DNA of 64,000 nt from Marsupella aquatica (taxonomy: Eukaryota > Plantae > Marchantiophyta), in contig OZ316895.1 of NCBI GenBank assembly GCA_973895155.1, forward strand, positions 270,007 through 334,006, given 5' to 3'. The position numbers and the translations under genes are program-made. Every line of letters begins with the position of its first letter. Within the stretch, counting starts at the first letter, position 1. Below, one piece after another: positions 61,090 through 64,000 of the stretch. Below the pieces are notes generated by a model. The model saw only the letters and a list, made by a program, of their open reading frames with translations, made no database searches and was not told where the DNA came from.

Positions 61090-64000
61090 GCCAAAAAGGA
61101 CTCTTCTTCCTCTTCGTCCCCTCAGGGATGAAAATTCCTTGGATTAGGACTCTTGGCTTCTTCTTTTTCTTAGGCTCAGGTTGCACAGGACTTGCAGCCT
61201 CCTCTCCCTTCTCCACTTCTTCTTCCTCTTCTTCCTCCTCCTCCTCCTACTTCCCCTCCCTCTAAAGCTCCAGCTCCCTCTAAACCTCCTCCTCCCTCAG
61301 TCTGTAGATTTTCCTTCTAGAGCCTCTAGAGCTCTAGCTCCCTCTACACCTCCTCCTCCCTCTGTAGATTTTCCCTCTCGACCCTCTGGAGCTCCAGCTC
61401 CCTCTGCACCTCCTCCTCTCTCTCTAGCTTTTCCCTCTCGAGCCTCTGAAGATCTTCCCTTTGCACCTCCTCCTCCTCCTCCTTGAGACTCTGCTCCTCT
61501 GACCGACAGAACTCCTCCCACTCCAAGTCCTCGCTCTCCCACTGCTGCTGATCTCTCTGCCGCTGCTCCCTCTGCTGATCTTGGAGGTGGAATCTACTGA
61601 ACTCATCCTCCAGTTGCCTTTGCAAAGAGCTATCCTGCTGTACGTCATTCACCACTCTCGGGACTGAAGAGCTGAGATCCACCACCTCGATAGAATCCAG
61701 ATAATGACCTCCCTCACAGGGGAATCACTGGTCACGACCTGCTCAAGAGTACCCCGATGCTCCACCTCAAGAGGCTCTCTGTCAGCAGGCTACACCGGCC
61801 TGGAATCCTCAATAACAAGACAAACCACAGGGCAGGCAAACCACCCATCCATCCAAATCCTCTCGAGAATAGAATGAACTGGCCCTCCCAGCTCTATAGG
61901 ATGGAGGTACGGAAGATAAACGTCCGGCGCGCTGTCACGTCTCCTCCCTGGGGGAATCGTTGACCCTCTCTCCGTCAGCTGAAATCTGTACCCCTCCCCC
62001 AGCCAGTGCTTCTTCAGCTCAGAGAGATGCAGAACTTTGAGATGCAATGCAGGCAGCAGAACACTCGCACATCAACCTTCCCCTCGGCTGTCTTGATGAT
62101 TATCTCGTAATAATCATCCAGCAGCTTCAGATTGCATAAAATTTGCCATCTGCAGAGAAAAATCCAATGGGGGAAACAGGCGACATCTGGGGCCGCCTTG
62201 ATGCTGCCTTGTCAATGGTGTGGCTTCAAGCTTCATAAGCTCGATGATGCGCCACCTCGATGCTGCCTGGTCAATGGTGTCGATGGTGTGGCTTCGAGCT
62301 TCGTAAGCTCGACAATGCGCCACCTTGATGCTGCCTGGTCAATGGTGTCGATGGTTTGGCTTCGAGCTTTGTAAGCTTGACGATGTTCTGACGTAGCTGG
62401 GGCGACCAGCCTCGTTTCCAACGTACTAGGGTGACCAGCCCGACTGCCCCCCGGATGCCCTAAAATCCCCGTCCTGACCGTGCGACCAGCCCCCTGCCCC
62501 CCGGATCATGGGACCCACCCAGGTCCGTACGACCGGCCCCCCTCGCCCTGGGAGGGGCTATCCCCTCCACCTGTAGTCACATCACAATCAGGGTCACTTT
62601 TTCTAATTTCACTCCAATGGCCAATAGTTCCATTGCACTTGACACCAAGCTCCAAAGCTTGTTGCGTGACCTTCAAATTAGTTCTTGCATGAACAACAAT
62701 TGTTGTCACAAGGAGTTCGTTGAGTGAACCCTTCAAACTTTATGGACAGTCAATTGTTCTGCTGTCACTCAATTGTTTCAAGATTATTCTTTGCTGCAGT
62801 CTCATTTGGTGGGATCAAACAAAGGTTTACGGCATTTGATCTACTAATCAGGTCCGAAATGGGTGTACTGCCAACATCACAAGAACGGAATTGCTGAGGT
62901 GTAGACATCCTTAGCAAGTCCTATGAGCACACCAGAGTTCACAATTAAAAACAGCAATTAAAGTTGGAAAACAACCGACACCTGGAGAACGGATTGAATG
63001 ATTCTTGCTCGCGGCTGCAAGTTCAATACATCCACCTCTCCAAATTAAACTCAACGCCTCGAAGGAAAGGGGCTACAGAGGACACAAAAAACAATAATGA
63101 TAAAAATGGAACGAGGCAATAGATAGGCTTTCACCTGAGTTTCCCAAGGAGTCCTTGGTGAGAGCCTTCTCCTTTTGGCACAAGAGCTCCCCCTCACACT
63201 GTACCACGCGATGCTTGACCCTGGAGCTAGCTTTGACACCTAACTGCGTGTGACTGTCGGAAGGACCTTATCAACAATACTTGTCACTGAAATCGCCGCT
63301 CTTACCTGAGTTTTCCGAGGAGCTGGCGGTGAGAACTTTCTCTTTCAAGCACAAGAGCTCCCCTGTACACAAACACATTGGAGCAAACTGGTCTGAAGTA
63401 GCTACAAGGTAAGGGAACATCGCAGACATTCAATGAGGTAGCAGCGTTGCAAGTTCCTGATTGGAATATCTGAATAATCAAGCACTTTATTAAGCACGTC
63501 AACTCGGAACTGAGAACAGGCAGATGCCATTCGGCTGCCATTGAAAAGACCTAAAAACACAACAAAAGAGTATCTAAAAACAGGCAACCGTTGGCAAATC
63601 TGGATCCACTACAACAACGGGTTTCATTTTGGTAGCTTCACAAACGATGGATTTCAAGTCGGGGTCGTCACGAATGAGGACTTCACACAAATCACTGTAC
63701 TCTAAGCTCGGGTTGGTCTTGCTGAGACAACAAAAAGTTCTAGCAAGGAGCTATTCTTGGCGCCTACCCGCCCGCTTTGAGTGTCTCCTCTCATGACAAA
63801 CTACTAAGTCAATGGATCCTGGGCGAATTCCTAATGCTTCAGACGCATTGGGACATGCGTCAATCAGTTTCTCCAAGCTCAGATTGCGGTTGTCAACATG
63901 CATTTCAGACGATAGCTTTGAAGTCAACACCCTGAGTGCTGTCGAGATAACTGTGGAAGCATTGTAATCTAGCTCACCTACTGCTCGCCTAAAGTTCATT
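61090..64000 (-). pseudogene. Unidentified degenerate coding remnant(s), possibly a TE-borne multi-exon gene, with an E/R/Q-rich coiled-coil repeat; truncated by the window edge
   Basis: Protein-like frames at 63999-63770, 63721-63590, 63511-63410, 62790-62570 and 62047-61250, several bounded by yyyCAG and GT sites. Contains LQRLEREKLEREEEV repeats and in-frame stops. No domain recognised. Confidence 0.3.
62192..62386. repeat. 68-bp tandem repeat, three copies (first copy lacks 9 bp)
   Basis: gccacct(t/c)gatgctgcctggtcaatggtgtcgatggtgtggcttcgagcttcgtaagctcgac... units start at 62192, 62251 and 62319. Confidence 0.88.

Noticed and set aside
62192-62386. Regularly spaced repeats as a CRISPR-like array (also 39562-39680 and 13506-13625)
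   Set aside because: Units are contiguous with no unique spacers, there are no cas genes, and the context is eukaryotic.

Overview
Eukaryotic land-plant nuclear DNA: GT-AG introns, TTTAGGG repeats, plant L1 and Ty1/copia elements. A non-seed plant is plausible but cannot be established from sequence alone. I reconstructed four intact protein-coding genes by hand. (1) 8-exon MATE/DTX transporter, 301-4514, minus. (2) 5-exon secreted GDSL/SGNH-fold protein, 28299-32557, plus, in which all four SGNH signature residues are substituted, so it is a probable pseudoenzyme. (3) ERO1 oxidoreductin with an intronless CDS, 34969-36372, minus. (4) 3-exon GH17 beta-1,3-glucanase with a Trp/Ser-Pro5 extensin-like linker and an X8 domain, 46304-50162, minus. 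Between genes 1 and 2 is a nested TE complex: a full-length L1 LINE (10377-26237, 16-bp TSD, poly-A). A full-length but defective Tnt1/Tork-like copia element (13247-19715, TSD GATCC) sits in its ORF2 and a related solo LTR (23421-23752, TSD ATAAG) in its ORF1. A third related solo LTR lies at 7139-7483. The rest is intergenic DNA with tandem duplications, two perfect hairpins, an ACGT-dense block, and an unidentified degenerate multi-exon coding remnant at 60-64 kb. I found no CRISPR, rRNA or convincing tRNA. All alignments and counts were done by eye.
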